Part shown: piece by piece, positions 1 through 13,389 of the stretch
Layout: each line of letters starts with the position of its first letter
Numbering within the stretch: the first letter of the stretch is position 1
Assembly: GCF_022045235.1 (NCBI RefSeq)
Contig: NW_027266330.1
Span: forward strand, 1,302,001 to 1,366,000
DNA: 64,000 nt
Direction of reading: 5' to 3'
Origin: Haliotis cracherodii
Taxonomy: Eukaryota
Made by a program: the position numbers and the translations under genes
The notes under the pieces: generated by a model
Told to the model about the DNA's origin: nothing
The model's database searches: none
The model's input: the letters and a program-made list of their open reading frames with translations, nothing else

Positions 1-123
1 TAGCGGTCTATTGTTATTATTAACGGCATATTGTTATCATTAGCGATCTATTGTTATCATTGGCGGCCTTTTGTTATTATGAGCAGCATATTGTTATTAT
101 TAGCTGCATATTGTTATTGTTAG
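1..123. repeat. 20-bp minisatellite
   Basis: TAGCGGCATATTGTTATTAT-like units. Confidence 0.85.
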
Positions 124-363
124 CGAGACAAGAGTTTACCAGGCAAAGCGATTAAACGGCGAGATCCATCAGTGGTCATTTCGTCCGTATGCTGGACATG
201 GCCAGAGACAGTTCAACCAGTGGTCATCTATGTCCAGGTCTGGAGTGGACGTAATTGGGTCTGTTTAACAAGGCAGTGGTAACCGAATTCCGATAGTGTC
301 AACTTGCTGTCGTGTTAAAATAACTAGGTCACGATACAGTCAAGATATGCATTTAATTATCTA

Positions 364-537
364 CAGTAAACTACGTTTATAACGAACACGGTTACAACGA
401 ACTGACGGATATGACGAACTTTTTTGTGTGTCCCGGCCACTGCTCTATACATGCTATACATATGCTTATAACGAACTACGGTTATAACGAACTAAAATTA
501 GTGGTCACTTTGAGTTCATAATAGCCGCAGTTTACTG
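364..537. mobile_element. Tc1/mariner (pogo/Tigger-like) MITE
   Basis: ~24-bp imperfect TIRs starting CAGTAAACT, TA on both flanks, internal ATAACGAAC subrepeats. Confidence 0.8.
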
Positions 538-602
538 TAGAAGTGTGTTTTATCAATCTATTAAATATATATGGTCGCATTAAACTTTTATCCCTGTCGT
601 AC

Positions 603-955
603 ACATAACTGTGTGTGAGATGGTCAAACTGTAGTGATGCAAACATAACTGTGTGAGATGGTCAAACTGTAGTGATGCAAACATAACTGTGACAGATGGT
701 CAGACTGTAGTGATGCAAACATAACTGTGTGAGATGGTCAGACTGTAGTGATGCAAACATAACTGTGTGAGATGGTCAAACTGTAGTGATGCAAACATAA
801 CTGTGTGAGATGGTCAGACTGTAGTGATGCAAACATAACTGTGTGAGGTGGTCAGACTGTAGCGATGCAAACTCAACTGTGTGAGATGGTCAGACTGTAG
901 TGATGCAAACATAACTGTGTGAGATGGTCAGACTGTAGTGATGCAAACATAACTA
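603..955. repeat. 38-bp minisatellite, ~9 copies
   Basis: CATAACTGTGTGAGATGGTCAGACTGTAGTGATGCAAA. Confidence 0.95.
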
Positions 956-1062
956 TATGGTATGACAAATGAAGACGATATGCGAATGTAACAGAAACGA
1001 ATATTTCGACATTAAGTTGTGCAGACGCATGATATATATGTGACAAAGTAAAATAACAATCA

Positions 1063-1890
1063 GTCTTGTGATGTTTATAAACTGTCAGGCAATTAGTCGA
1101 CATGACCAAACAAGGATATCGTTCTTGTGATGTTCATGAACTATCAGGTGATTAGTCAACATGACCAAACAAGGATATCATTCTTGTGATGTCCATGAAC
1201 TGTCATGCGATTAGTCGACATGACCAAACAAGGATATCATTCTTGTGATGTCCATGAACTGTCAGGCGATTAGTCGACATGACCAAACAAGGATATCGTT
1301 CTTGTGATGTTCATGAACTATCAGGTGATTAGTCGACATGACCAAACAAGGATATCGTTCTTGTGATGTTCATGAACTGTCATGCGATTAGTCGACATGA
1401 CCAAACAAGGATATCATTCTTGTGATGTCCATGAACTGTCAGGTGATTAGTCGACATGACCAAACAAGGATATCGTTCTTGTGATGTTCATGAACTATCA
1501 GGTGATTAGTCGACATGACCAAACAAGGATATCATTCTTGTGATGTCCATGAACTGTCAGGTGATTAGTCGACATGACCAAACAAGGATATCATTCTTGT
1601 GATGTTCATGAACTATCAGGTGATTAGTCGACATGACCAAACAAGGATATCGTTCTTGTGATGTTCATGAACTGTCAGGTGATTAGTCGACATGACCAAA
1701 CAAGGATATCATTCTTGTGATGTTCATGAACTGTCAGGCGATTAGTCGACATGACCAAACAAGGATATCGTTCTTGTTATGTTCATGAACTGCCAGGTGA
1801 TTAGTCGACATGACCAAACAAGGATATCGTTCTTGTGATGTTTTATGAACTGTGTGTGTAGGTGATTAGTCGACATGACCAAACAACGAT
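1063..1890. repeat. 59-bp minisatellite, ~14 copies
   Basis: TCTTGTGATGTTCATGAACTGTCAGGTGATTAGTCGACATGACCAAACAAGGATATCGT. Confidence 0.95.
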
Positions 1891-2901
1891 ACATTCCACA
1901 AATTTGTGTTTTCTCATGCAAACCTTTAGCAAAAGCTTTTGACATTTCGCTTGTGTTTGGTTCGTAACCTGATTACATGAAAGACAAACGCCATGGCTGA
2001 CTTATAGTTTACCACGTTCTACTTTCAAATGCCATTTCTCCTTTCATGTAGGACGAACTTCCAAGGAACTGAGATATTATCGTATATACCTTCGCTGACA
2101 CAATGTATCCTCGGCTTAATGACTCAAAAACACAACCCACGGCTAGTTTACAAGTGCATGCCGTTCACACAATGTGAGTTTCAAATAGATCGAAGAATCT
2201 TGTTCTCTTTATTCAAAGGAAATACACTGAAGACATCAGAGACAGTTAGTGGGAATATTTATGCCAAAGTTTAATTTGTGAAGGCTTCAACAGGAAAGAA
2301 CGGTCAGTCCTGCCACCTCGTGACTGCAAGTCGTTGACTCTGTTGCAAAAAGGGTTTTGGTGTATTGTATTAAGTGATTTCTCGCAGTTAAGTTATAACG
2401 TAGCTGGGCAAGGAACATTCTGGTGAATGTCGTTAAGTGTATCAGAGGTAGTGCAGAGATCCTGGTGAATGTCGTTAAGTGTATCAGAGGTAGTGCATAG
2501 ATTCTAGTGAATAGAGTTAAGTGTATCAGAGGTAGTGCATAGATTCTAGTGAATAGAGTTAAGTATATCAGAGGTAGTGCAAAGATTCTGGTGAATAGAG
2601 TTAAGTGCATCAGAGGTAGTGCATAGATTCTGGTGAATGTCGTTAAGTGTATCAGAGGTAGTGCATAGATTCTGGTGAATGTCGTTAAGTGTATCAGAGG
2701 TAGTGCATAGATTCTGGTGAATGTCGTTAAGTGTATCAGAGGTAGTGCATAGATTCTGGTGAATAGAGTTAAGTGTATCAGAGGTAGTGCATAGATTCTG
2801 GTGAATAGAGTTAAGTGTATCAGAGGTAGTGCACAGCTTCTGGTGAATAGAGTTAAGTGAGGAAGAGAATATATGGATGTCAACTTCTTTATTTTGAGGA
2901 A

Positions 2902-2941
2902 CACAACGTTTCGGAGTATATGCTTACGCCTTCGTCAGGTG
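2902..2941 (-). ncRNA. Hammerhead motif on minus strand (one helix II mismatch)
   Basis: CAC-CTGACGA-A-GGCGTA-agcata-TACTCC-GAAACGTTGTG. Confidence 0.55.
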
Positions 2942-3157
2942 AATGAATGCCATGAGGCAGAGAACATATATATGTACATGTAAGGACAACAAAAATAAAA
3001 AGATAACAAAAGGTGGAAAATAACAAAGGGTACAAGCTGAAAAAGGAAGCTAACAGATGACTGGCGCTGATAGGTGATTTTACCACCTTTTGTTATCTTA
3101 TCAATTTTGTTGTCCTTACATGTACATATATATGTTCTCTGCCTCATGGCATTCATT

Positions 3158-3197
3158 CACCTGATGAAGGAGTAAGCAAATACTCCGAAACGTTGTG
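3158..3197 (+). ncRNA. Minimal type I hammerhead ribozyme motif (PLE type)
   Basis: CAC-CTGATGA-A-GGAGTA-agcaaa-TACTCC-GAAA-CG-TT-GTG: conserved core, perfect 6-bp helix II, palindromic helix III. Confidence 0.7.
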
Positions 3198-3746
3198 TTC
3201 CTCATAATAAAGAAGTTGACATCCATATATTCTCTTCATTATGTGTATCACTTCTAAATGCCTTTCAAAGACCAGAGCGAAGTGTATCAGAGGTAGTGCA
3301 AAGATTCTGGTGAATAGAGTTAAGTGTATCAGAGGTAGTGCAAAGATTCTGGTGAATAGAGTTAAGTGTATCAGAGATAGTGCAAAGATTCTGGTGAATA
3401 GAGTTAAGTGTATCAGAGGTAGTGCAAAGATTCTGGTGAATAGAGTTAAGTGTATCAGAGGTAGTGCAAAGATTCTGGTGAATATCGTTACGTGTATCAG
3501 AGGTAGTGCAAAGATTCTGGTGAATAGAGTTAAGTGTATCAGAGGTAGTGCAAAGATTCTGGTGAATAGAGTTAAGTGTATCAGAGGTAGTGCAAAGATT
3601 CTGGTGAATAGAGTTAAGTGTATCAGAGGTAGTGCATAGATTCTGGTGAATAGAGTTAAGTGTATCAGAGGTAGTGCATAGCTTCTGGTGAATAGAGTTA
3701 AGTGAGGAAGAGAATATATGGATGTCAACTTCTTTATTTTGAGGAA

Positions 3747-3786
3747 CACAACGTTTCGGAGTATATGCTTACGCCTTCGTCAGGTG
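3747..3786 (-). ncRNA. Hammerhead motif on minus strand, duplicate
   Basis: Same as 2902-2941 at +845. Confidence 0.55.
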
Positions 3787-4002
3787 AATGAATGCCATGA
3801 GGCAGAGAACATATATATGTACATGTAAGGAGAACAAAAATAAAAAGATAACAAAAGGTGGAAAATAACAAAGGGTACAAGCTGAAAAAGGAAGCTAACA
3901 GATGACTGGCGCTGATAGGTGTTTTTTCCACCTTTTGTTATCTTATCAATTTTGTTGTCCTTACATGTACATATATATGTTCTCTGCCTCATGGCATTCA
4001 TT

Positions 4003-4042
4003 CACCTGATGAAGGAGTAAGCAAATACTCCGAAACGTTGTG
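4003..4042 (+). ncRNA. Minimal type I hammerhead ribozyme motif (PLE type), duplicate
   Basis: Identical to 3158-3197. Confidence 0.7.
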
Positions 4043-5152
4043 TTCCTCATAATAAAGAAGTTGACATCCATATATTCTCTTCATTATGTGTATCACTTCT
4101 AAATGCCTTTCAAAGACCAGAGCGAAGTGTATCAGAGGTAGTGCAAAGATTCTAGTGAATGTCGTTAAGTGTATCAGAGGTAGTGCATAGATTCTGGTGA
4201 ATGTCGTTAAGTGTATCAGAGGTAGTGCATAGATTCTGGTGAATGTCGTTAAGTGTATCAGAGGTAGTGCATAGATTCTGGTGAATGTCGTTAAGTGTAT
4301 CAGAGGTAGTGCATAGATTCTGGTGAATAGAGTTAAGTGTATCAGAGGTAGTGCAAAGATTCTGGTGAATAGAGTTAAGTGTATCAGAGATAGTGCAAAG
4401 ATTCTGGTGAATAGAGTTAAGTGTATCAGAGGTAGTGCAAAGATTCTGGTGAATAGAGTTAAGTGTATCAGAGGTAGTGCAAAGATTCTGGTGAATATCG
4501 TTACGTGTATCAGAGGTAGTGCAAAGATTCTGGTGAATAGAGTTAAGTGTATCAGAGGTAGTGCAAAGATTCTGGTGAATAGAGTTAAGTGTATCAGAGG
4601 TAGTGCAAAGATTCTGGTGAATAGAGTTAAGTGTATCAGAGGTAGTGCAAAGATTCTGGTGAATAGAGTTAAGTGTATCAGAGGTAGTGCAAAGATTCTG
4701 GTGAATATCGTTACGTGTATCAGAGGTAGTGCAAAGATTCTGGTGAATAGAGTTAAGTGTATCAGAGGTAGTGCAAAGATTCTGGTGAATAGAGTTAAGT
4801 GTATCAGAGGTAGTGCAAAGATTCTGGTGAATAGAGTTAAGTGTATCAGAGGTAGTGCAGAGATTCTGGTGAATAGAGTTAAGTGTATCAGAGGTAGTGC
4901 AAAGATTCTGGTGAATATCGTTACGTGTATCAGAGGTAGTGCAAAGATTCTGGTGAATATCGTTAAGTGTATCAGAGGCAGTGCAAATATTCTGGTGAAC
5001 AGAGTTGAGTAGTTTAGCAGTATTGACGTGTCCCTGGCGAATACTTAGTATGATTCTCAATCTCAACTCGAGGTCCCACTTAAAGGGGCAGTTACAGCGT
5101 AAGTATATGTAAGTATTATGTCCATGGAGAATAGGGTATGAGTCAATGGGAA

Positions 5153-5675
5153 AGGCGGTATGTTCCTTGTGAATAGCGGTATGTTCCTTGTGAATAGCGG
5201 TATGTTCCTTATGAATAGCAGTGTGTTCCTTGTGAATAGCGGTATGTTCCTTGTGAACAGCGGTATGTTCCTTGTGAATAGCGGTATGTTCCTTGTGAAT
5301 AGTAGTGTGTTCCTTGTGAATAGCGGTATGTTCCTTGTGAACAGCGGTATGTTCCTTGTGAATAGCAGTGTGTTCCTTGTGAATAGCGGTATGTTCCTTG
5401 TGAACAGGGGTATTTTCCTTGTGAACAGCGGTATGTTCCTTGTGAATAGTGGTATGTTTCTTGTGGATAGCGGTATGTTCCTTGTGAAGAGCAGTATGTT
5501 CATTGTGAATAGCTGTATGTTCCTTATGAATAGCAATATGTTAATTGTGAATTGCGGTGTGTCCCTTGTGAATAGCGGTGTGTTCCTTGTGAATAGCGGT
5601 ATGCTAATTGGGAATAGTGGTATGTTATTTGGAAATAGCGGTATGTTCCTTGGGAATAGCGATATGTTCCTTGTG
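5153..5675. repeat. 21-bp minisatellite
   Basis: GCGGTATGTTCCTTGTGAATA. Confidence 0.95.
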
Positions 5676-6298
5676 GTATACAATGAGTGTTGGCGGCAAT
5701 GGAATGGTCGTACTAAAAGCTGCGAGTACAATGTATCGGTATTAGCGGCAATGAGACGTTTAGGTTAAAATGATACCAGAACATTTCAGGCGATGTGAAG
5801 GTCTTGGCATTAAGGAAGTACCTGATGCATAAGAGGGCCTACTAGTGAATACAGTATGTAGCTGAGGCGACTGGATGGTTCTGCTGAAGGTTGTGTAATT
5901 GTGGACTCGCATGACACACTATGGAAACTCTGTGGGCAGCTCCGCTGATGCCTCAGACAGGGCGCGTTTGTCTGCACAGTTCCAGATGAAAGCAACACTG
6001 AGAGGCATTTTCTTGTGGTCGGGTATCGGCGGCAACTAGAACAGCCCGGTGTAATGGCGGCCTACAATAGATGTGGAGGTGCACTGGCCTAATGCACAGT
6101 CTGCCCAGACTGCTACAATACACGGCTGATGTCACGGCAGTCCCACTGACAGAGCTCTGGCACACACACTGATGTGTTAACTTCAACGCTTGGGGGGCGG
6201 ACATGGATGTGGTCGTTGGTCATTACCAGATGGACGGTATTGTGATTAACGTAAAACCAAGGGACCTTCTGACAACAAGGACGATATATGTGATTAAA

Positions 6299-6450
6299 TG
6301 AGTGAGTATGATGTTACGCCGCTCTTAGCAATATTCCCGCAAAATCACGGCGGGGGACTACGGACATGGTTTACACATTGTACCAATTTTGGGAATCAAA
6401 CGTCGGCGTGACGAGCAAACGCTTTAACCACTAAGCTACCCAACCGCCCC
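6299..6450 (-). mobile_element. SINE family 1 copy
   Basis: Similarity to 41340-41509. Confidence 0.8.
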
Positions 6451-7310
6451 TGGACGGTCGTCGCACGTAACAGAACTGTAAATGATGACAACAGTGTAAA
6501 AAGAATAAATATAAATTATGCCGGAATTAATTTGGCAACACCTCCAAACAAGGGGCTAAATAACTGTCATTTTACTGACTACATCTTGCTGCCTAAATCT
6601 GACAGTCGCTCTGCATCCCTCTTGACATCCCCAGGTTTCTATTTTCTGTTTGGGTATATATTAACATGCAGGCGTTGAAACTCATCGTCGAATGATGCAG
6701 ATATGTATCCCTGTGTCAAAGTGACAGCTTTACAAGTATATGAACTCTGCAAACCCCGATTACCAGCTGGTTCCCGACAAGGGATGCGAGTGAAGCTGTC
6801 TGCTACAGAATGAAGGCATTTTACAAGGATTGCGTGTGCTTATCACGTGTGAAGCAACAGTTACAACCCCAGAAAATCTCCCCGACCGGAACATGGACTA
6901 TTACATTCAAGCCATTAGGTTAGGTCTGTGGAGGCAGCATTCGGTTATCATCTTTTTCACAGGGCAAGGAAGTAGGTCTTTATGTGCAGCTAGGCTAAAC
7001 ATCTATAACAGTAATCCCGACTCCATTAGGTCAGGCTACCACTGTGTGATGGTACTGAGTGGAGACATGGAACTGCATATAACTACTGATTTCTATATAT
7101 AAATATGATGGGCAGGGATTCAGGGGCGCTGGGTCATTAGAAACTAGTTATGAGAATACTTCGACAGTCCGCACTGATGCTGCGAACACCTGATGCCATC
7201 AATGAGTCTCAGTGATCCACTCATAACTGCCCCCACTATTTCGCCTGTTACACTCCATGGTTTCGGAAGATAATTGTGACTGATCATTCTCTGGCGTTGA
7301 TGCTTTTATT

Positions 7311-8064
7311 GTACACTATACTGGTACTCTAACTGTTACTTGTCGAGAGGCTGGAGTGTACACTATACTTGTACTCTAACTGTTACTTGTCGAGAGGCTG
7401 GAGTGTACACTATACTGATACTCTAACTGTCACTTGTCGAGAGGCTGGAGTGTACACTATACTGGTACTCTAACTGTTACTTGTCGAGAGGCTGGAGTGT
7501 ACACTATACTTGTACTCTAACTGTTACTTGTCGAGAGGCTGGAGTGTACACTATACTGATACTCTAACTGTCACTTGTCGAGAGGCTGGAGTGTACACTA
7601 TACTGATACTCTAACTGTTACTTGTCGAGAGGCTGGAGTGTACACTATACTTGTACTCTAACTGTTACTTGTCGAGAGGCTGGAGTGTACACTATACTGA
7701 TACTCTAACTGTCACTTGTCGAGAGGCTGGAGTGTACACTATACTGGTACTCTAACTGTTACTTGTCGAGAGGCTGGAGTGTACACTATACTGGTACTCT
7801 AACTGTTACTTGTCGAGAGGCTGGAGTGTACACAGTACTGGTACTCTAACTGTTACTTGTCGAGAGGCTGGAGTGTACACTATACTGATACTCTAACTGT
7901 TACTTGTCGAGAGGCTGGAGTGTACACTCTACTGGTACTCTAACTGTTACTTGTCGAGAGGCTGGAGTGTACACTATACTGGTACTCTAACTGTCACTTG
8001 TCGAGAGGCTGGAGTGTACACTATACTGGTACTCTAACTGTCACTTGTCGAGAGGCTGGAGTGT
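7311..8064. repeat. 47-bp minisatellite, 16 copies
   Basis: GTACACTATACTGGTACTCTAACTGTTACTTGTCGAGAGGCTGGAGT. Confidence 0.95.
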
Positions 8065-8637
8065 GTGAGCCCCAGTTTTGGGTTGCGGGCAGTCGCCCCA
8101 TTACGTTGTACGATCGTTAAACCAATAAAAAGGGGTAGCTGAACCTTCGCAGCGAAACCAATAATAAACCAGGATCACGGGTAATTGTTTTTTTTCTGTT
8201 TTGAATCTAAAGAAACCCCAAGGAAAATCATTAAATGGAGATTTTAACCTGGAGACAGATGCAAGTTCACACCATGATAGACTTTCGATTTTCTGGCTTC
8301 GTTTCTGGAGCACACAAGCGAAACAGTAGCGTTTAGAACTGTGATGCTTGCGTTACATCTTCCCACGTCCCGTGCACATGACGAGTCAGCATCAAGTGGC
8401 AGAAGAGCTTGCTCTCCAACCTCATCCTTGAGCAACGTGTACTATCGATCCAGTGAATCAAATCAACATCCGGTTTTTAAATTGCTGGTCAAAGATTAAT
8501 TTCGAACCTTTGTAAAACAGTTAATGGGATCGACTTACTTGCCGCTTCTTATTCAATTTTGATCTACTTCAGCACGGCTGGTTTCTTGTCTTGGAGTATG
8601 TGTTGAAAGGGTGTAAAATGAAGTTACTGTCATCGAC

Positions 8638-9087
8638 TGGGGGAGATACTCAGGTCGTCCTAGCTTCAGTTTATGTGGTTCTGTCAGTGACGGGGAAGAT
8701 ACTCAGTTCGTCCTAGCTTCAGTTTATGTGGTTCTGTCAGTGATGGGGGAGATACTCAGGTCGTCCTAGCTTCAGTTTATGTGGTTCTGTCAGTGATGGG
8801 GGAGATACTCAGGTCGTCCTAGCTTCAGTTTAGGTGGTTCTGTCAGTGATGGGGGAGATACTCAGGTCGTCCTAGCTTCAGTTTATGTGGTTCTGTCAGT
8901 GATGGGGGAGATACTCAGGTCGTCCTAGCTTCAGTTTAAGTGGTTCTGTCAGTGATGGGGGAGATACTCAGGTCGTCCTAGCTTCAGTTTATATGGTTCT
9001 GTCAGTGACGGGGGAGATACTCAGGTCGTCCTAGCTTCAGTTTAGGTGGTTCTGTCAGTGATGGGGGAGATACTCAGGTCGTCCTAG
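8638..9087. repeat. 53-bp minisatellite, ~8.5 copies
   Basis: GGGGAGATACTCAGGTCGTCCTAGCTTCAGTTTATGTGGTTCTGTCAGTGATG. Confidence 0.95.
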
Positions 9088-10447
9088 CACACAGCCACAG
9101 TTAATGTGGTTAACACAATATGCACATTCTGTATCTTCAAGTTCTGTTTACGCTCTGCCCTAAATTACCAACCATATCGTAGTGCAGGTCTACTGCTGCT
9201 GGTTAAATGTAATACATATTGATCAGTTTGGGAACGGTCTCTGCGCTCACATTAACTTCAGGAATTATAGTTTGGTGGTGGTCATAAAAAAATTAAACAA
9301 ACAAAGCCCTCCTTAGCACACCGAAGCTGGATAGCTCAATTTTTTTATTCAGTTTGAGAAAACTAAAATGCTTACCTCCCAAGACGTCTTACAATGGCAA
9401 CTTCAAAAGTTTAGACATAAGATGTATGTCTGTACGTTAACGTTGTTCTATATTTAGTGGATGCGGGTCAGAAGAATACCCGGTAATCCATATATCTGCA
9501 GAATGCTAACAACGGGCAAATTTTTAGAGAAAAATATAAATGATAATTCGCGCTTGTATGAATGTGAATTTGACTGTTTCTTTAAGTAATTACATCTATT
9601 GTCCTCGACCGAATGTATAAAACACCTAAACATGTCAATAATGAGAGACGTGGATCCTTTCTGGAAGACATTTTAAAAAAATAAACAAGTTCAACTGAAT
9701 TTCAAGGAACACGGAGATAAAAACAGCCGAGCCTATGGTTCAAGACTTATGAAGTCACACACACATCTTTGTGTTTCGGTTTTCTCTTAAAGTTCGAAAA
9801 ATCGTCCTTCCACTCTTTTTAGACATACTTCATCGTGACACACAACGTCTGATATTTTCATAAACAACTCATGACTTAAAACATCGTTATCGTACCTTGT
9901 CCTTAGTCTACGAGAGCATATATAGTGTCACAAATACGGTTTCTATGATGCCATTATTCAAATGGCACAATACGTTGCTCGTTGAGCAAATACGGAATAC
10001 ATAAAATGTCATTTTCAGTCATTTGGGAAATGTTTACAAAATAAAGATTATTATTTTCGACAGAACTATGTGCATGACAATAGCTGATTGGTACAAATAT
10101 ATCTATCTCAGGAAGACAGACGGGATGAATTGGAATATAACACCGGATAAGGTCGCGGTGGGATTTAGAAAATGTGTGCAGTGAAGTGCTTGACTTCTCA
10201 TTCTTTCTCCCCTTTTTTCTCATCCTCCCATCCCAAGCACGTCCCCTCCCCTCCCTGTCCCCCTCCCCTCCCCATTCCGACCCCTCCAATCCTTGACCAC
10301 CGGAAAATACAATAATGGACATTGTCAGCACCATCCTAACAGCTTACGACTACTTTATAAATTGACCAATCTCATGTGCCCTATATAACGTCTGGATGTG
10401 ATTACCAGGTAAGTAGAAGCTAGTGTTCCACTCAAGGGATAAATGAC

Positions 10448-10672
10448 TACTGGAGCGCTTCCTTCCCCTCTCCGTGCCCCGCCTTCGTCCACCCTGCGGC
10501 CTCCCAGGATGTGGCCAGTGATGAGCGGCCAGACACACTCAGTGGTGTGGTGCTGTACTGGAGCGCTTCCTTCCCCTCTCCGTGCCCCGCCCTCGTCCAC
10601 CCTGCGGCCTCCCAGGACGTGGCCAGTGATGAGCGGCCAGACACACTCAGTGGTGTGGTGCTGTACTGGAGC
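10448..10672. repeat. 108-bp tandem duplication
   Basis: Two copies bounded by TACTGGAGC at 10448, 10556 and 10664. Confidence 0.9.
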
Positions 10673-11819
10673 ACGGACTCCAATCAGAGACGAGCGAGGG
10701 GAGATGAACTGTGTCGCTTCGGGACCGAGCTGTCGTTACGTAAACCAAATCTCCTCGTTGTTTGTCCAAATCTGTAGGTTCATGCTGAGATGAACAGGTA
10801 GAATGACAAAGCGTTTGTGCAGTCAGCATCAACATCAGTAACATTAACAACACCGTCAGTGATCAACGTCAATATTAACACTAACAGTAGCATCACCGCC
10901 AGCATCACGATCAGTAAAAACGCTGACATTAACATCACCGTCAGTGATCAACATCACTATCAAAACTGACAGAAACATCTCTGGCAGTGATCAACATCAG
11001 TAACAACATCATCATGACCATCGAAATCAGCACCAACATTATCGCTGTAGTCATCACTATCAACATCAACATTATCGCTGTAGTCATCACTATCAACATC
11101 AACATTATCTCCGAGAAACCATGGGTACAGGCTACAATACGTTTGTGTCTGTAGTTGTACATCTGTCGTCTAATCCTGGGGAGATGATCTATGCTCTAAC
11201 ATATCATCCCAGCGTTACATCTACATAGAATCCCAGATCAAACATTTAATTAACACGTAAGTAATCTCTCGTCACTGTGTGTTCTCGGGTGTCAAATCAA
11301 ATCGAATTGTGTTTCATGTTATTCAGAACGCACACAAGCCTGTGAACATCGCCATCTTCTTCCCGAGTCGAACTATTGGCATTCAACATATTGGTCTCGT
11401 CGTGTCTTGGCATTGTGTGAGATTTTCATACCGCGTTATATATGTCAGCAGCAGAGTCACCGCACGTCGTATTTAGATATACGTTCTCAGAATGCTACAG
11501 ATTATAATTTGTCTGATGAGTTCTCCACATGTCTGATATGAGTCTTTAATTACACAGGTGCAAATAACGCGACGTCTTTGGGTGGAATGACAGCTTCTGT
11601 CTATGTGGACAGTGACATCAGTACAAGACTGCGTGGGTTTGTACGGGAGAAGAAACATCCCAGTCCTGCTGGGTTCCTTTGCAGTGGTTGATCTTCCCGT
11701 CCATGGGACAGTTACTACACACGAGCTTACTCTGTGTCAACGATGGACGTGGCGACGTACTTCCTGCTTTGCCTGAGATGACCAACGTTAGCTTCTCCCG
11801 CAGCTTGGTCAGATATATA

Positions 11820-12177
11820 CTCACCACCAAAAGAAACCAAAACCATAGAAACATAGAAAAGTATGGACGTTAAGAAGAAATGTTTCCAATGTGTATCAAT
11901 TAATGTCAAAACTTACAAGCAGTCGTGTGTTACCACAGTGTCTTTATTCCTATCACAATATGCTGCACGTGACTGCCAAACTTTTAAATCTAATCCTGCA
12001 CGAGACGAATTTCGAGTCATGGATCTATGACGTCACTTGTGATTCGTTCGTGAGCTTCGGTTCAAGCAACATAACAGTATGTTCGTTTGTGCGGTGAACC
12101 AATCTAATATCTCTGAAGTATGAGTAATGCTTAATATATTAACGTAACATAGTATTCTCGTTTCTTTTGGCGGTGAG
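11820..12177. mobile_element. Tc1-like MITE
   Basis: TIR CTCACCRCCAAAAGAAAC, TA flanks; second copy at 55184-55545. Confidence 0.85.
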
Positions 12178-12248
12178 TATACAAGAATGGGACATATTAT
12201 TCTTGCCCCCTGCTGTGCGTGGGCTTGTGTCTTCAACCTCGTCAGCCT

Positions 12249-13215
12249 CTGTTGTGTGACCCTGCAGTGATCTGTTGTGTGACCCTGCAGTTGTCTATTG
12301 TGTGACCCTGTAGTGATCTGTTGTGTGATCCTGCAGTGATCTGTTGTGTGACCCTGCAGTGATCTGTTGTGTGATCCTGCAGTGATCAGTTGTGTGGCCC
12401 TGCAGTGGTCAGTTGTGTGATCCTGCAGTGATCTGTTGTGTGACCCTGCAGTTGTCTATTGTGTGACCCTGCAGTGGTCTGTTGTGTGACCCTGCAGTGA
12501 TCTGTTGTGTGACCCTGCAGTTGTCTATTGTGTGGCCCTGCAGTGGTCTGTTGTGTGACCCTGCAGTGATCTGTTGTGTGACCCTGCAGTTGTCTATTGT
12601 GTGACCCTGCAGTGGTCTGTTGTGTGACCCTGCAGTGATCTGTTGTGTGACCCTGCAGTGGTCTGTTGTGTGATCCTGCAGTGATCAGTTGTGTGACCCT
12701 GCAGTGGCCTGTTGTGTGGCCCTGCAGTAGTCTGTTGTGTGACCCTGCAGTGGTCTGTTGTGTGGCCCTGCAGTAGTCTGTTGTGTGACCCTGTAGTGAT
12801 CTGTTGTGTGACCCTGCTGTGGTCTGTTGTGTGGCCCTGCAGTAGTCTGTTGTGTGACCCTGCAGTGGTCTGTTGTGTGGCCCTGCAGTAGTCTGTTGTG
12901 TGACCCTGTAGTGATCTGTTGTGTGACCCTGCTGTAGTCTGTTGTGTGGCCCTGCAGTAGTCTGTTGTGTGACCCTGCTGTGGTCCTTTGTGTGACCCTG
13001 CAGTGGTCTGTTGTGTGACCCTGTAGTGATCTGTTGTGTGACCCTGCAATGGTTTGTTGTGTGACCCTGCAGTAGTCTGTTGTGTGACCCTGTTGTGGTC
13101 CTTTGTGTGACCCTGCAGTGGTCTGTTGTGTGACCCTGCAGTGGTCTGTTGTGTGACCCTGCAATGGTTTGTTGTGTGACCCTGCAGTAGTCTATTGTGT
13201 GACCCTGTTGTGGTC
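12249..13215. repeat. 23-bp minisatellite, ~42 copies
   Basis: TGTTGTGTGACCCTGCAGTGRTC. Confidence 0.95.
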
Positions 13216-13389
13216 CGTTCTGTTAGAAGTAAACTTTTGAATGTGACCCGTTACTGAGTTTAGAACGGTTTCCCCAGACTACATGGAATTAATGAAATTA
13301 GTCTTAAGACGTAAACTGGTGGATAAAGAGTCAGGTAAACACGCGGGCGTCACATGATCAGTACACATGTTCTCCTGCTGAATGCTGTA

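Larger units (their letters stand above)
2860..3279. mobile_element. Inverted Penelope-like terminal repeat fragment (copy 1) inserted in 42-bp satellite
   Basis: ~160-bp inverted arms (2862-3021 / 3077-3237), hammerhead motif in each arm, AATAAA downstream on +, AAGTG on both flanks; 3' end similar to the PLE remnant near 42.7 kb. Confidence 0.75.
3705..4124. mobile_element. Inverted Penelope-like terminal repeat fragment (copy 2)
   Basis: Near-identical to 2860-3279 at an 845-bp offset with identical junctions. Confidence 0.75.
2417..5008. repeat. 42-bp minisatellite interrupted by two PLE fragments
   Basis: ATTCTGGTGAATAGAGTTAAGTGTATCAGAGGTAGTGCAAAG. Confidence 0.95.

Noticed and set aside
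2287-5768. Repetitive ORFs (LPLIHLTLFTRI, HQNLCTTSDTLN, FLVNSGM)
   Set aside because: Translations of the 42-bp and 21-bp minisatellites, open on both strands.
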